Positions 1 to 9,486 are shown, counted from the stretch's first letter. The stretch is 39,395 nucleotides of DNA from Parcubacteria group bacterium (GCA_014383885.1 JACNGX010000038.1:1-39395); one strand, 5' to 3'. Numbers and translations are program-made. The notes: generated by a model from the sequence alone, not told the origin.

Positions 1-130
1 CTTCCTTCATTTTTTTGAGTTTTTTATCTGTTATGTCTTATTAGATAAAGTGGGGACAAAGTAAGTATGTGCACGAACAATCATTTTTTTTTTTCGTTAT
101 TTATTTCTTTTTTTCTGTCCCCCCCCCCCA

Positions 131-156
131 AAAAACCCCCGCCATATCGGCGGGTA
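131..156 (-). terminator. Intrinsic terminator of eno
   Basis: The stem is CCCGCC (138-143) paired with GGCGGG (149-154), with a 5-nt loop. On the minus strand it is followed by a T-run (complement of A130-135). It lies about 7 nt after the eno stop. Confidence 0.7.
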
Positions 157-160
157 TTTT

Positions 161-1363
161 TTATCCCACAATCTCAAGAAGTCGTTCGTACTTTACACGG
201 CGGACGTCTTGAAGCGGTGAGCCGGCTTTCATGGCATATGCACCGGTGCCGACTGCCAAGTCGGCGATGAATGTGTCGAGTGTTTCCCCTGAGCGATGGG
301 AAATAATCGTCTTCCATCCCACATCGTGCGCCACGGCAATCGCCTCGAGTGTATCGGAAACGGTACCAATTTGATTCGGCTTGATAATAACCGCATTTGC
401 CGCCTCTCTCTTGGCAACCTCGGCAATACGCTCGGGGTCCGTCACGGTAAAATCATCGCCCACGATAAGAATGTCGGGGAACGCGGCGTGGAGCGCGGTG
501 AAACTTTCCGCATCATGTTCCTCAAACGGATCTTCAATCGATTTGAGTGGAAACGCTTGCACGAGTTTCTCGTATAAGCCCCCGAGTGCTTTTTTCGTCA
601 TTCTCTCTCCGTTTACTCTATATCCACCTCCCTCAAAAAAAGCCGATGCCGCAACATCAATTGCAATATGCGCATTTCCACCTGCTTTTTCAATCGCCAG
701 AGATACAAGCTCAAACGGCTCTTCAATCATCTCTGAAACAAAACTATAACCGCCCTCATCGCCAAGCGGGACGTTTCCATACCGCTCTTCAATCAGCTCT
801 CCAAGTATTTCAATTGCTTTTACAATATACGCATAGGCATCATGTACCGATTCATGTTCCGGCACAATCATATATTCCTGAAACGGCAATCTGAAATCTG
901 CATGGGCACCACCGTTAATCACATTCACATATAGCCGTGGTGCTTGCTTACTCTTTTGCATGCCGGCAACATCGGCAATATGGTCGGAAAGTTCCATTCC
1001 TCTTTGCATCGCCGCCAAACGAAGAGCCCCAATAGAAATCGGAAGCGCGCTATTTGCACCGATGCGAGAAAAGTTCTCGATGCCATCGATACCCCGAAGA
1101 AGTGTGTCGATTTCTTTTTGTGAGGCAAATTCCGTGCCAATGAGTTTGGGGGTAATCTCACTCTCAATTGTCTTGAGCACACACGAAACTCCTCCGTCTT
1201 CGTCGCGCAATTCAACCGCCTCATTCACGCCGGTACTTTTCCCTGAAGGTACAGCGGCTTTCGCCGTATATCCACCGCCGGATATCTCCACTTCTATTGT
1301 TGGCTTTCCGCGAGAATCAAGAATCTCCTGAGCTGTTATATGTTCAATATGTACGTATGTCAT
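161..1363 (-). CDS. eno: Enolase (phosphopyruvate hydratase)
   Basis: 400-aa ORF with ATG at 1361-1363. The N-terminus reads ITAQEILDSRGKPTIEVE. It carries the KPNQIGT and SHRSGETLD motifs characteristic of enolase. Confidence 0.97.
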   Translation of the reverse strand: MTYVHIEHITAQEILDSRGKPTIEVEISGGGYTAKAAVPSGKSTGVNEAVELRDEDGGVSCVLKTIESEITPKLIGTEFASQKEIDTLLRGIDGIENFSRIGANSALPISIGALRLAAMQRGMELSDHIADVAGMQKSKQAPRLYVNVINGGAHADFRLPFQEYMIVPEHESVHDAYAYIVKAIEILGELIEERYGNVPLGDEGGYSFVSEMIEEPFELVSLAIEKAGGNAHIAIDVAASAFFEGGGYRVNGERMTKKALGGLYEKLVQAFPLKSIEDPFEEHDAESFTALHAAFPDILIVGDDFTVTDPERIAEVAKREAANAVIIKPNQIGTVSDTLEAIAVAHDVGWKTIISHRSGETLDTFIADLAVGTGAYAMKAGSPLQDVRRVKYERLLEIVG

Positions 1364-1390
1364 AATGGATATATGATACCACAGGTATAC

Positions 1391-2386
1391 ATGAAGAATA
1401 AAAAAAAACGTGGTATCATTATATGTATGAAAAATGTATCCATACCCACAACACCCCTGGTTTTTTTACTTCTCTGTATCATCGCCATTGAGGCACTCAT
1501 GCTCACGAGAGTCATGGACGGACATGATTGCGAAACATTCTCTTCTTCAGAAAAGGAAACGGCTCCACTAACCCATGAAGATCTTCAGATAGAATCAGAT
1601 ATACTCACCACTTCGTCCCCTGAAGAACTCTCTCTTATTATACCGAAAGAAGTATATCGATCTGGCACATATCTTCACACGAATCCATACTCTTCAGTAA
1701 AATATATTTTTAAATCATTTGTTTCCGAAAACGACGCGGGCGTCACCCCTGAAATCAGATCAACAATTTGGAAGACGAAGACAGACACTCCACTCTACAT
1801 TGAAGATATTTCTTGGCTGACACTAAAAATACACGGGTGTAGTGCAGAGACAAAACAAGAAACATTTGACGGTATTCTTAGTTTTCTTGATACACACATT
1901 GCAAAGAGCATGAGCGTAAATGGCTTTACGCTCAACGAATCAAGATCCATGGACTCAAGCGACGATGAACCTTATTATATCCGAACATATGAGAAAGAGA
2001 TGGAAAAAGCGATATTTTCGGTATACACACAATGTGTCCTTGAAGACGAGAATCCCTACTATCTCTTTCAGTTCCGATACATACCCGGTGAGACACTAGG
2101 GAAACACTATGATGAACAGTTTGATATACATCGCGATCTTAACCTCGGGGAAGATTTCATTATCGATCTCAGTCGGGAGAAGGATTTTGCCAAGTTAAAC
2201 GTTGCTGTGGGAGGCGGCGGGAGCGGTTACTTCATGTACACGAAGGAAATCAATGGTGTATGGAAGAACATTTACTCAGGAAACGGAACTATTATCTCAT
2301 GTACCCTTGCAGAAGAACATGCATTCCCCAGTGAAATAGCTCCTCGCTGTTTTAATGAGGAAAACGGAACATCTGTCGATAGGTGA
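1391..2386 (+). CDS. Hypothetical membrane-anchored protein (basic N-terminus plus one TM/signal-anchor segment)
   Basis: The ORF is open from 1340, but that start overlaps the eno start. ATG at 1391 (MKNKKKRG...) or 1427 (MKNVSIPTTPLVFLLLCIIAIEALML) fits better. I recognise no family. A strong terminator follows directly. Confidence 0.6.
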   Translation: MKNKKKRGIIICMKNVSIPTTPLVFLLLCIIAIEALMLTRVMDGHDCETFSSSEKETAPLTHEDLQIESDILTTSSPEELSLIIPKEVYRSGTYLHTNPYSSVKYIFKSFVSENDAGVTPEIRSTIWKTKTDTPLYIEDISWLTLKIHGCSAETKQETFDGILSFLDTHIAKSMSVNGFTLNESRSMDSSDDEPYYIRTYEKEMEKAIFSVYTQCVLEDENPYYLFQFRYIPGETLGKHYDEQFDIHRDLNLGEDFIIDLSREKDFAKLNVAVGGGGSGYFMYTKEINGVWKNIYSGNGTIISCTLAEEHAFPSEIAPRCFNEENGTSVDR

Positions 2387-2391
2387 AAAAC

Positions 2392-2436
2392 AAAAAGCGG
2401 CGTGGTCTTTAATGACCGCGCCGCTTTTTGTTTTTA
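2392..2436. terminator. Bidirectional intrinsic terminator
   Basis: An 11-bp stem pairs 2397-2407 with 2414-2424 (one G-T pair) around a 6-nt loop. It has an A-run upstream and TTTTTGTTTTT downstream. Confidence 0.8.
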
Positions 2437-2461
2437 GCTTATCATTCGCCATGATTTGTAC

Positions 2462-2490
2462 TTGACTTTTTTCATAGAAAAAATTATACT
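2462..2490 (+). promoter_or_regulatory. Orphan sigma70-like promoter motif (TTGACT-17 nt-TATACT)
   Basis: TTGACT sits at 2462-2467 and TATACT at 2485-2490, with an exact 17-nt spacer. There is no plus-strand ORF downstream. It points into the terminator and 3' end of the convergent NYN gene. Confidence 0.3.
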
Positions 2491-2504
2491 GAGCTTATCC
2501 ATAG

Positions 2505-2544
2505 GAAAAAGCACCTCCTCGGGTTTCGTCCCTCGGCGGTGCTT
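2505..2544 (-). terminator. Intrinsic terminator of the ppsA-NYN transcription unit
   Basis: An imperfect hairpin has an outer stem AGCACC (2510-2515)/GGTGCT (2538-2543) and an inner stem GGG/CCC. On the minus strand it is followed by TTTTT. It starts 3 nt after the NYN stop. Confidence 0.6.
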
Positions 2545-2546
2545 CT

Positions 2547-3038
2547 TCATTTTAACCTCAGCTTTTTCTCAAGGTTATCCATAAAGATAATTTTTTCACG
2601 TGCTGCTTTCTTTAAAAGACTTGAACATGTTTTTACGTAAGGGCTGAGCACACAAAGCAACTTTTCTTTTTTGTACAAATGCTCAACAAGTGAATGAAAA
2701 TCACCATCACTCGAAACGATAATCGCTTTTTCATATTCTTCGTAATCAATCATCGCCTGCAGTACCAAATCAGCATCGACATTTCCCTTAATATTCCCCT
2801 TTCCATCAGGAATAGTGGGTTTAAAAACCAAAACATAGCCCATCTTCTGTAGTTCAGAATAGAGTCTTTGATTATCCGGCACAAACCCGATAAAAAGATA
2901 TGCTGTTTTAACGTGATACTTTTCCTTTAAATATTTCCGAAAGCGACAAAAATCGAGTCTCCAGCCAAGAGACTCAATTCCTTTATTTAGATTCTGAGAA
3001 TCGATAAAAGCGTAATTGTTTCTGGATTTTTGTTCCAT
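2547..3038 (-). CDS. NYN-domain (LabA/DUF88-like, PIN-like fold) protein, predicted RNase
   Basis: 163 aa. The N-terminus NYAFIDSQNL, an internal GNVDADLVLQAM and the SSDGDF motif match the acidic-residue pattern of the NYN/LabA family. Confidence 0.85.
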   Translation of the reverse strand: MEQKSRNNYAFIDSQNLNKGIESLGWRLDFCRFRKYLKEKYHVKTAYLFIGFVPDNQRLYSELQKMGYVLVFKPTIPDGKGNIKGNVDADLVLQAMIDYEEYEKAIIVSSDGDFHSLVEHLYKKEKLLCVLSPYVKTCSSLLKKAAREKIIFMDNLEKKLRLK

Positions 3039-3041
3039 GTA

Positions 3042-5576
3042 TTATTTCCTTGTTTCTGTTTTCCCTTTACTGACCATCTTTCCCGACTGAGACTTCTTTT
3101 TAGGAGCTGCTTTTTTTCGTTTACTCGACATCTTTGCTGATTGTGGTTTTGTCTTCGTGCCTTTTTCCACCTTTGCCGCCTCTTTCATCATCGGAAGAAG
3201 TGTATCGGGTGAGAGTGAGATGGCATCAATTTTTTCTCCCACAAGAAATCGCAAAAATTCAGGATAATCAGACGGCGCCTGTCCACAAAAACCAATGTAC
3301 TTCTTGCGCTTGTGACATACGTCGATTGCTTGTGATACCAACACTTTCACCGCCTCGTCGTTTTCATTACCGATGCCGGCAACGATTGTCGAGTCGCGAT
3401 CAAGTCCGAGCGTCAGCTGGGTAAGATCGTTGGAGCCGATTGAGAAGCCGTCAAATATATCAAGGAAGTCGTTTGCGCGAATGACATTGGTTGGCAGTTC
3501 ACACATCACGTATATCTTGAGTCCGTTTTTCTTTCTTGGCTCTCGCATAAGATCATGCTTCTCCAAAATATCAAGCACCGCCTGTCCTTCCTCGGGCGTG
3601 CGGCAAAACGGTATCATGACATGCACATTTGTGATGCCCATATCCTCACGCACGCGCCTGATTGCTTCCACTTCCAAGAGAAAGGCCTTCTCATAATCAG
3701 GGTGCACATAGCGAGATGCGCCACGCCATCCAATCATCGGATTTTCTTCTTCCGGTTCAAAGAGGTCGCCTCCGAGAAGCGCGCGGTATTCATTACTCTT
3801 AAAATCAGAAAAACGCACAATAACATCCTTACCCCAGAATCCGGCACCGATGCGCGCAACACCCTCAGCGAGCGTATGAATGAAAAATTCTTTCTTATCT
3901 TTAAATCCAACTGTTCGTTTCTCAATTTCTTCTTTGAGCTTCCAATTAGAGAGCTTGTTGAAATGGAGAAGCGCGAGTGGATGAATACCAATGTGTGATG
4001 CAATGATAAACTCCTCGCGCGCGAGCCCCACCCCTTGATGCGGCAACATGCCAAGACGAAACGCTCCTTCCGGATCGCCCACATTGAGACACAGCTTCGT
4101 GCGAAGATCAGGAATCTTTTTGAAGTCGTATGTTTTTTCTTTCCATGTTATTTTTCCACTATACACCCGCCCCACAACACCCGAGGAGGTATCAACGGTA
4201 ACCATATCGCCAGTACCAAGCACGCGACGCGCGTTTCCTGTACCGATTACCGCCGGAATACCAAGCTCGCGCGCGACAATCGCCGCATGCGATGTGCGCC
4301 CGCCTTTTTCGGTAATGATCGCCGCCGACTTTTTCATAATCGGCTCATAGGTTGGGTCGGTCATCGTCGCCACAAGCACTTCCCCATCGCGAAATTCATC
4401 CATGCGATTAGCGTTTGCAATTTTTCGTACCTTCCCCGATGTAATGGCCGTGCCCACCGCAATTCCTTCCACAATCGGTTTTTTCTTCGTCGGCGATAAA
4501 TGATATTCCGTATAGGTGAGCCCTTTTTTCTCAGACTGCACCGTCTCAGGGCGCGCTTGCACGATAAAGAGTTTTCCCGATTCGCCGTCTTTCGCCCATT
4601 CCATATCCATCGGCATATGCTTTCCCGCACGCTTACTATAATGCTCTTCAATCACGACACCGGCGCGCGCGAGCTCGAGCACTTCTCTATCGGAAAGCAC
4701 CAATTCGCTTCGATCATCTTCCGGCACCGGTATCACGCGCGTCGGCTCGGTTCGCGCGCCGCCATATATCATCTTCGTTTTCTTGGCACCAACACTGCGC
4801 TTCAAAATAGCATCGTGTCCTGAGAAAAGCGAGGGCTTAAACACCAAAAATTCGTCCGGTGTCACTTTTCCCTGCACCACCATTTCTCCCAATCCCCACG
4901 AACCTGAAATCTGCACCGTGTGTGGAAAGCCCGTTTCGGTATCAAGAGTAAACATCACGCCTGAACACGCTATATCGCTTCGGACCATTTTCTGTACTCC
5001 TACGGAGAGCGCGATGTCGGTGTGTGCAAAGCCCTTATCTACGCGGTAAGAAATCGCTCTGTCGGTAAAAAGTGAAGCAAACGCTTTCTGCACCGAAGCA
5101 ACCACATGACTCCCTCCTCGGACGTTGAGAAATGTTTCATGTTCTCCGGCAAATGATGCGCCAGGGAGATCTTCTGCTGTTGCCGACGAGCGCACCGCTA
5201 CGTCCGTTGCCGTCATATCATATTCACGCGAAAGTTCATCGTATGCAGCTACAATTTCATCGGCTATTATTTTCGGCATGCGCTTGCGCATAAATGCACT
5301 TCTAATGCGGCGACCGGCGCGTGCGAGTGCGACCACGTCATGCGTATCGAGATTTTTTAATTCTTTTGCAATCATCTCCGAAAGACCGGTACCCGACACA
5401 AACATATTATACGCATGCGCTGTTACCACAAATGCATCAGGAACAACAACACCTTTTCCTGAAAGCGTATTATACATTTCCCCAAGCGACGCATTCTTAC
5501 CACCGACAAGCGCAACATCGTCGTTGGAAAGATCCTTCAAGCGCAAGATAAGTGCATGACGTTTGTCTTTCGGCAT
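3042..5576 (-). CDS. ppsA: Phosphoenolpyruvate synthase (pyruvate, water dikinase) with a Lys-rich C-terminal tail
   Basis: The VALVGGKNASLGEM N-terminal motif is present. The phosphohistidine swivel region reads GGRTSHAAIVARELGIPAV. The C-terminal PEP-utilising TIM-barrel region reads GSNDLTQL. The start is set at ATG 5574-5576 (MPKDKRH), because the 23 upstream codons are low-complexity hydrophobic. Confidence 0.95.
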   Translation of the reverse strand: MPKDKRHALILRLKDLSNDDVALVGGKNASLGEMYNTLSGKGVVVPDAFVVTAHAYNMFVSGTGLSEMIAKELKNLDTHDVVALARAGRRIRSAFMRKRMPKIIADEIVAAYDELSREYDMTATDVAVRSSATAEDLPGASFAGEHETFLNVRGGSHVVASVQKAFASLFTDRAISYRVDKGFAHTDIALSVGVQKMVRSDIACSGVMFTLDTETGFPHTVQISGSWGLGEMVVQGKVTPDEFLVFKPSLFSGHDAILKRSVGAKKTKMIYGGARTEPTRVIPVPEDDRSELVLSDREVLELARAGVVIEEHYSKRAGKHMPMDMEWAKDGESGKLFIVQARPETVQSEKKGLTYTEYHLSPTKKKPIVEGIAVGTAITSGKVRKIANANRMDEFRDGEVLVATMTDPTYEPIMKKSAAIITEKGGRTSHAAIVARELGIPAVIGTGNARRVLGTGDMVTVDTSSGVVGRVYSGKITWKEKTYDFKKIPDLRTKLCLNVGDPEGAFRLGMLPHQGVGLAREEFIIASHIGIHPLALLHFNKLSNWKLKEEIEKRTVGFKDKKEFFIHTLAEGVARIGAGFWGKDVIVRFSDFKSNEYRALLGGDLFEPEEENPMIGWRGASRYVHPDYEKAFLLEVEAIRRVREDMGITNVHVMIPFCRTPEEGQAVLDILEKHDLMREPRKKNGLKIYVMCELPTNVIRANDFLDIFDGFSIGSNDLTQLTLGLDRDSTIVAGIGNENDEAVKVLVSQAIDVCHKRKKYIGFCGQAPSDYPEFLRFLVGEKIDAISLSPDTLLPMMKEAAKVEKGTKTKPQSAKMSSKRKKAAPKKKSQSGKMVSKGKTETRK

Positions 5577-5743
5577 AGATAAAAAATAAAATAGGGACAA
5601 TAAAGAATTAAAAACAAAAAGAAAATTATGTTTTAATAATACCATGTGCGCGGTAAAAAAATTTTACAGACTGTTGATAACGAATATAAAACACCAAACA
5701 AAAAATAAAAAGAGGAATGAGAAAGAAAAAATAAAGGATCAAA

Positions 5744-5768
5744 CAAAAAACCGCCCGAAACCGAGCGG
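5744..5768 (-). terminator. Intrinsic terminator of glmS
   Basis: On the minus strand the hairpin is CCGCTCG-GTTT-CGGGCGG (7 bp including one G-U), followed by TTTTTTG. It lies about 20 nt after the glmS stop. Confidence 0.65.
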
Positions 5769-5788
5769 ACTTGTGTTCACACTTTTTC

Positions 5789-7645
5789 TTATTCTACAGT
5801 CACCGACTTCGCCAAGTTGCGCGGTCGATCAACACTACAACCACGCAAAACAGCAATGTGATATGCAAGAAGTTGCAGTGGAATGACAGAAAGTAGTGGC
5901 GTAAGTGCCGGAAGAGTATTCGGAACGAAAATAACATCCCGAGCTAATCGACGTATGTCCTCATCCCCTTCCGTTACAATAGCGATAATCCTCCCCTTGC
6001 GAGCCCTTATCTCTTCAGTATTAGATACAACCTTATCGTAATCGCCATTTGATTGTTGCCCGATAACAACCACAGGCATTTCTTCATCAATCAACGCAAT
6101 TGGGCCATGCTTCATTTCTGCCGCGGGATACCCTTCGGCATGAATATAGGAGATCTCCTTGAGCTTGAGTGCACCCTCCAACGCAACGGGAAAATGATAC
6201 CCTCTTCCGAGATAGAGAAAGTTTCGTGCATCCGAATATCTTTTTGCGATTCTCTGAATACTCTCATCCTGATTAAGAATGCGTTCTATTTTGTCGGGAA
6301 TCTCGGAAAGCGCCACAAGATGTGCTTTGATCTCCTGCTCCGAAAGAATACTCTTTTCTCTTCCAAGAATGAGCGCAAGAAGTGTTAACACAACAACTTG
6401 TCCGGTAAACGCCTTCGTTGATGCAACACCAATTTCCGGACCTGCATGAAGATAAATACCGAAGTCCGTCTCTCGTGCAATCGTGGAGCCAACCGCATTC
6501 ACAACCCCCATAACGGTCGCGCCTCTTTCTTTTGCAAGCTGAAGTGCCGCGCGAGTATCTGCCGTTTCGCCCGATTGAGATATCACGATCACCACATCCT
6601 CTTTCATAATAACCGGATCGCGATACCGAAACTCAGACGCATATTCAATCTCAACAGGAACACGAGTAAATTTTTCAAGAACATACTCACCGACAAGAGC
6701 GGCGTGCCAGCTCGTTCCACAGGCGCAAATAATAATTCTCTTCGCATCTTTCAAACAATCAATATGGTCTTCGATACCACCAAGTCGCACTGTTGTGTCG
6801 CCATCCTTGTCGTCGAGCCGAACACGCCCGCGCATGACATCACGTATCACATCCGTCTGCTCAAAAATTTCCTTGAGCATGAAATGAGGAAATCCTCCTT
6901 TTTCAATTTCTTGTAAAGTAATTTCAAAAGGTTCCGGGTGTTTCTTACGATTCTTTTTTGTCTCCAGAGTTTTCAGTTCATACCCATCTCTCGTGATAAT
7001 AGCCAGTTCTCCGTCATGAAGGTATTCCACTTGAGAAAACGATCCTGCGAGCGGAGCGCCGTCGGAGGCAACAACATGCACCCCATCACCAACACCAATA
7101 ACCAACGGACTCCCCTTCCGAGCAACAACAATTTTATCGGGATCACGAGAAGATATGACACACAACCCATACGCACCACTCATAGCACACAATGATTTAC
7201 TCACAGCATCTTCCAGAAACATATTATCTTCCCATACGCTATCGATAAGATGAGCGATCACTTCCGAATCGGTACTGCTCTGAAACACATATCCTTTATC
7301 CGTGAGAAGTGTCCTCAAGGCACTATGGTTTTCTACAATGCCATTGTGCACAATCGCAATATCGCCTGCTGTGTTTACGTGCGGGTGCGCATTTGCGTCG
7401 TCCGGATCTCCGTGCGTTGCCCATCTGGTGTGGCCGATGCCGATAGTGGCATCCATTCCACCTTTTTTATCAACCATTTTTCTAAGCTCGGAAACGTTTC
7501 CTTTACGTTTCATAACTCTCAGTTGGCGATCAGCCAAAACAGCAATACCCGCGGAATCATATCCGCGGTACTCAAGACGCTGCAAGCCATCGATTAATAC
7601 CTCTGCTGCGTTTTTATCTCCAATATACCCCACTATTCCACACAT
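5789..7645 (-). CDS. glmS: Glutamine--fructose-6-phosphate aminotransferase (isomerising)
   Basis: 618 aa. It begins MCGIVGYIG (Ntn amidotransferase Cys2), has two SIS domains, and ends ...NLAKSVTVE, which is typical of GlmS. Confidence 0.97.
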   Translation of the reverse strand: MCGIVGYIGDKNAAEVLIDGLQRLEYRGYDSAGIAVLADRQLRVMKRKGNVSELRKMVDKKGGMDATIGIGHTRWATHGDPDDANAHPHVNTAGDIAIVHNGIVENHSALRTLLTDKGYVFQSSTDSEVIAHLIDSVWEDNMFLEDAVSKSLCAMSGAYGLCVISSRDPDKIVVARKGSPLVIGVGDGVHVVASDGAPLAGSFSQVEYLHDGELAIITRDGYELKTLETKKNRKKHPEPFEITLQEIEKGGFPHFMLKEIFEQTDVIRDVMRGRVRLDDKDGDTTVRLGGIEDHIDCLKDAKRIIICACGTSWHAALVGEYVLEKFTRVPVEIEYASEFRYRDPVIMKEDVVIVISQSGETADTRAALQLAKERGATVMGVVNAVGSTIARETDFGIYLHAGPEIGVASTKAFTGQVVVLTLLALILGREKSILSEQEIKAHLVALSEIPDKIERILNQDESIQRIAKRYSDARNFLYLGRGYHFPVALEGALKLKEISYIHAEGYPAAEMKHGPIALIDEEMPVVVIGQQSNGDYDKVVSNTEEIRARKGRIIAIVTEGDEDIRRLARDVIFVPNTLPALTPLLSVIPLQLLAYHIAVLRGCSVDRPRNLAKSVTVE

Positions 7646-7677
7646 AATTATCGTTTCTTATTAAAGCAAATATTCCC

Positions 7678-8994
7678 CTACGAGGTCAAACTCATATACA
7701 CATCGGCAACATTTGCTCCTGTTCGTCCAGTGATGATATGAGTATCAATTTCTTTGAAAAAAGAGTGGGTATCGTGCGCATCAAGATATGCTTGCGGATC
7801 AAGTCCTGAACACAGAGCCGTCCACACCGCGGAACTATCAACAATGGCTCCTGCAACAGGAGTGTTGTCCCATCCATCGGAAGCAGCACCGAGCACCAAT
7901 TTCCCTGCTGCATCCAAAGAACCTATCATGTGTACAAGCGCGCCAAGTGCCACTTCTTGATTGCGTCCTCCTTTCCCTTTTGCATTGCCGACAGTCACCG
8001 TCGTTTCTCCTCCATAAAGGAGGCATGTTTTTCCCACAACTGCTGAACGTGCGATACGCACACCAACGTCGCGTGCTTCTCCTTGCACTCCCGTCCCCAC
8101 AATCTGCGCGGTATATCCAAGAGTCCGCGCTTCTTTCGCCATTGCCGAGAGCATGCTGCTGTTTGTTACCGCAAGGACATGATACACGTGCTGAAACAAT
8201 TTCGGGTCTTTCGGTGTCTCCACAAGCTCGCACTGTGGCAGCGTACACGCTGTAAGCACGTCATATTTCGCCAAAATACGCGCCGCTTCTTCTTTGGTCG
8301 TTTGATCCAAAATCGTCGGCCCCGATGCAATAACCGAAAGATCATTGCCCGGCACATCAGAAAATACACACGAGACAACTGTCGCCGGAAATGCCATCGC
8401 GGCAAGTTGTCCACCCTGCACTCGAGATGTGTGTTTGCGTACAGTATTTAGTTCGTTGATTGTTGCCCCTCCGCGCATGAGCGTATGGGTGATATCCGAA
8501 AGCGTAGAGCAAGTCATATCGTGTGGCAAGCACAGAAGCGACGAACCGCCGCCAGAAATGACGACAATCACAAGGTCGCGTTCCGTTGCTCGCGAAAGCA
8601 TGCTTTCTATATTTTGTGTCGCTTTGACATTAGCTTCCGACGGCAACGGATGTGTACCTTCATGATACTGAAGATATGAAAGCGCAACACCGCTCCGCAC
8701 GTCAATCACCACTCCGTCGGTGATAGTGTCGCCGAGCACATCTTCCACAACATGTGCCGCATCAGCCGCACATTTTCCAAATGCCACGACATACACGTTT
8801 TGAAAAGAAGAGAGATCGTATTCCTTGCCCCCGACGATAAGCATGTCATCTTTTCGGTGTAACGTACGACGCATTACGGCAGTCGTATCAATCGCCGCAT
8901 ACCCCGCCTCGAGAATAGCGAGTGCGTCTTTTCGTAAGGGTGTTGTGGCAATCTCATCGTAATTTTGAATCATATATTCATAAGTATACCGCAT
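7678..8994 (-). CDS. Glycerate kinase, MOFRL/DUF4147 type (glycerate 2-kinase / TtuD-like)
   Basis: 438 aa. The N-terminal part reads GKCAADAA...VISGGGSSLL and the C-terminal MOFRL-like part reads GGETTVTV...GKGGRNQE. An alternative ATG lies at 8973. Confidence 0.85.
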   Translation of the reverse strand: MRYTYEYMIQNYDEIATTPLRKDALAILEAGYAAIDTTAVMRRTLHRKDDMLIVGGKEYDLSSFQNVYVVAFGKCAADAAHVVEDVLGDTITDGVVIDVRSGVALSYLQYHEGTHPLPSEANVKATQNIESMLSRATERDLVIVVISGGGSSLLCLPHDMTCSTLSDITHTLMRGGATINELNTVRKHTSRVQGGQLAAMAFPATVVSCVFSDVPGNDLSVIASGPTILDQTTKEEAARILAKYDVLTACTLPQCELVETPKDPKLFQHVYHVLAVTNSSMLSAMAKEARTLGYTAQIVGTGVQGEARDVGVRIARSAVVGKTCLLYGGETTVTVGNAKGKGGRNQEVALGALVHMIGSLDAAGKLVLGAASDGWDNTPVAGAIVDSSAVWTALCSGLDPQAYLDAHDTHSFFKEIDTHIITGRTGANVADVYMSLTS

Positions 8995-9023
8995 GTTGCC
9001 TGACTGCAGTATGTGGAGTACAC

Positions 9024-9051
9024 AAAACGCGCACCGAATGGTGCGCGTTTT
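9024..9051. terminator. Bidirectional terminator-like hairpin
   Basis: The hairpin AAAACGCGCACC-GAAT-GGTGCGCGTTTT has a perfect 12-bp stem. It lies between the small acidic ORF and the glycerate kinase gene. Confidence 0.7.
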
Positions 9052-9066
9052 GTTGCAGCTTGCTGA

Positions 9067-9273
9067 TTAGGTAGCATTTGCAATGTCCTGAACATCTTCG
9101 GCACTATGAGATTCAACCGCTTTCTCAAACTCTTCAACACTACCGAAATCTTCTATCAGTTTATTTTTCAAATCTTCAGGCATTGCATTTTCAGATCCAT
9201 ACGTTTCAAGCGCATGGGTAAGCTCTTCATGAGGGGCCAATTTTTCCCCTTCGGGTGTAAAACCAAATTCCAT
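9067..9273 (-). CDS. Small acidic hypothetical protein (68 aa)
   Basis: The ORF is flanked by terminators. ATG at 9271-9273 (MEFGFTPEGEK...) is preferred because the ORF-track start at 9288 is TTG. I see no recognisable family. Confidence 0.45.
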   Translation of the reverse strand: MEFGFTPEGEKLAPHEELTHALETYGSENAMPEDLKNKLIEDFGSVEEFEKAVESHSAEDVQDIANAT

Positions 9274-9413
9274 AATAATATAAAGCAACTTATCTTATAA
9301 TGTGTCGATTATAGCAAATCAGGTGTTTTTGTCAATACCGCATGTGCTTTATGTTCTACCCCGTGAAATCTTAAGGCGGGGTGAAGCTGATAATTTTTAG
9401 CTTGTGAGAAATG

Positions 9414-9457
9414 GAAAAAGAGAGCGGCGCCCAACGGGCGCCGCTCTCTTTCTTTTT
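9414..9457. terminator. Intrinsic terminator of secA (bidirectional)
   Basis: AGAGAGCGGCGCC...GGCGCCGCTCTCT forms a stem of about 15 bp with T-runs on both strands. It lies about 30 nt after the secA stop. Confidence 0.8.
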
Positions 9458-9486
9458 GTTCTCCTCTTCTTTCATTCTCGACACAC

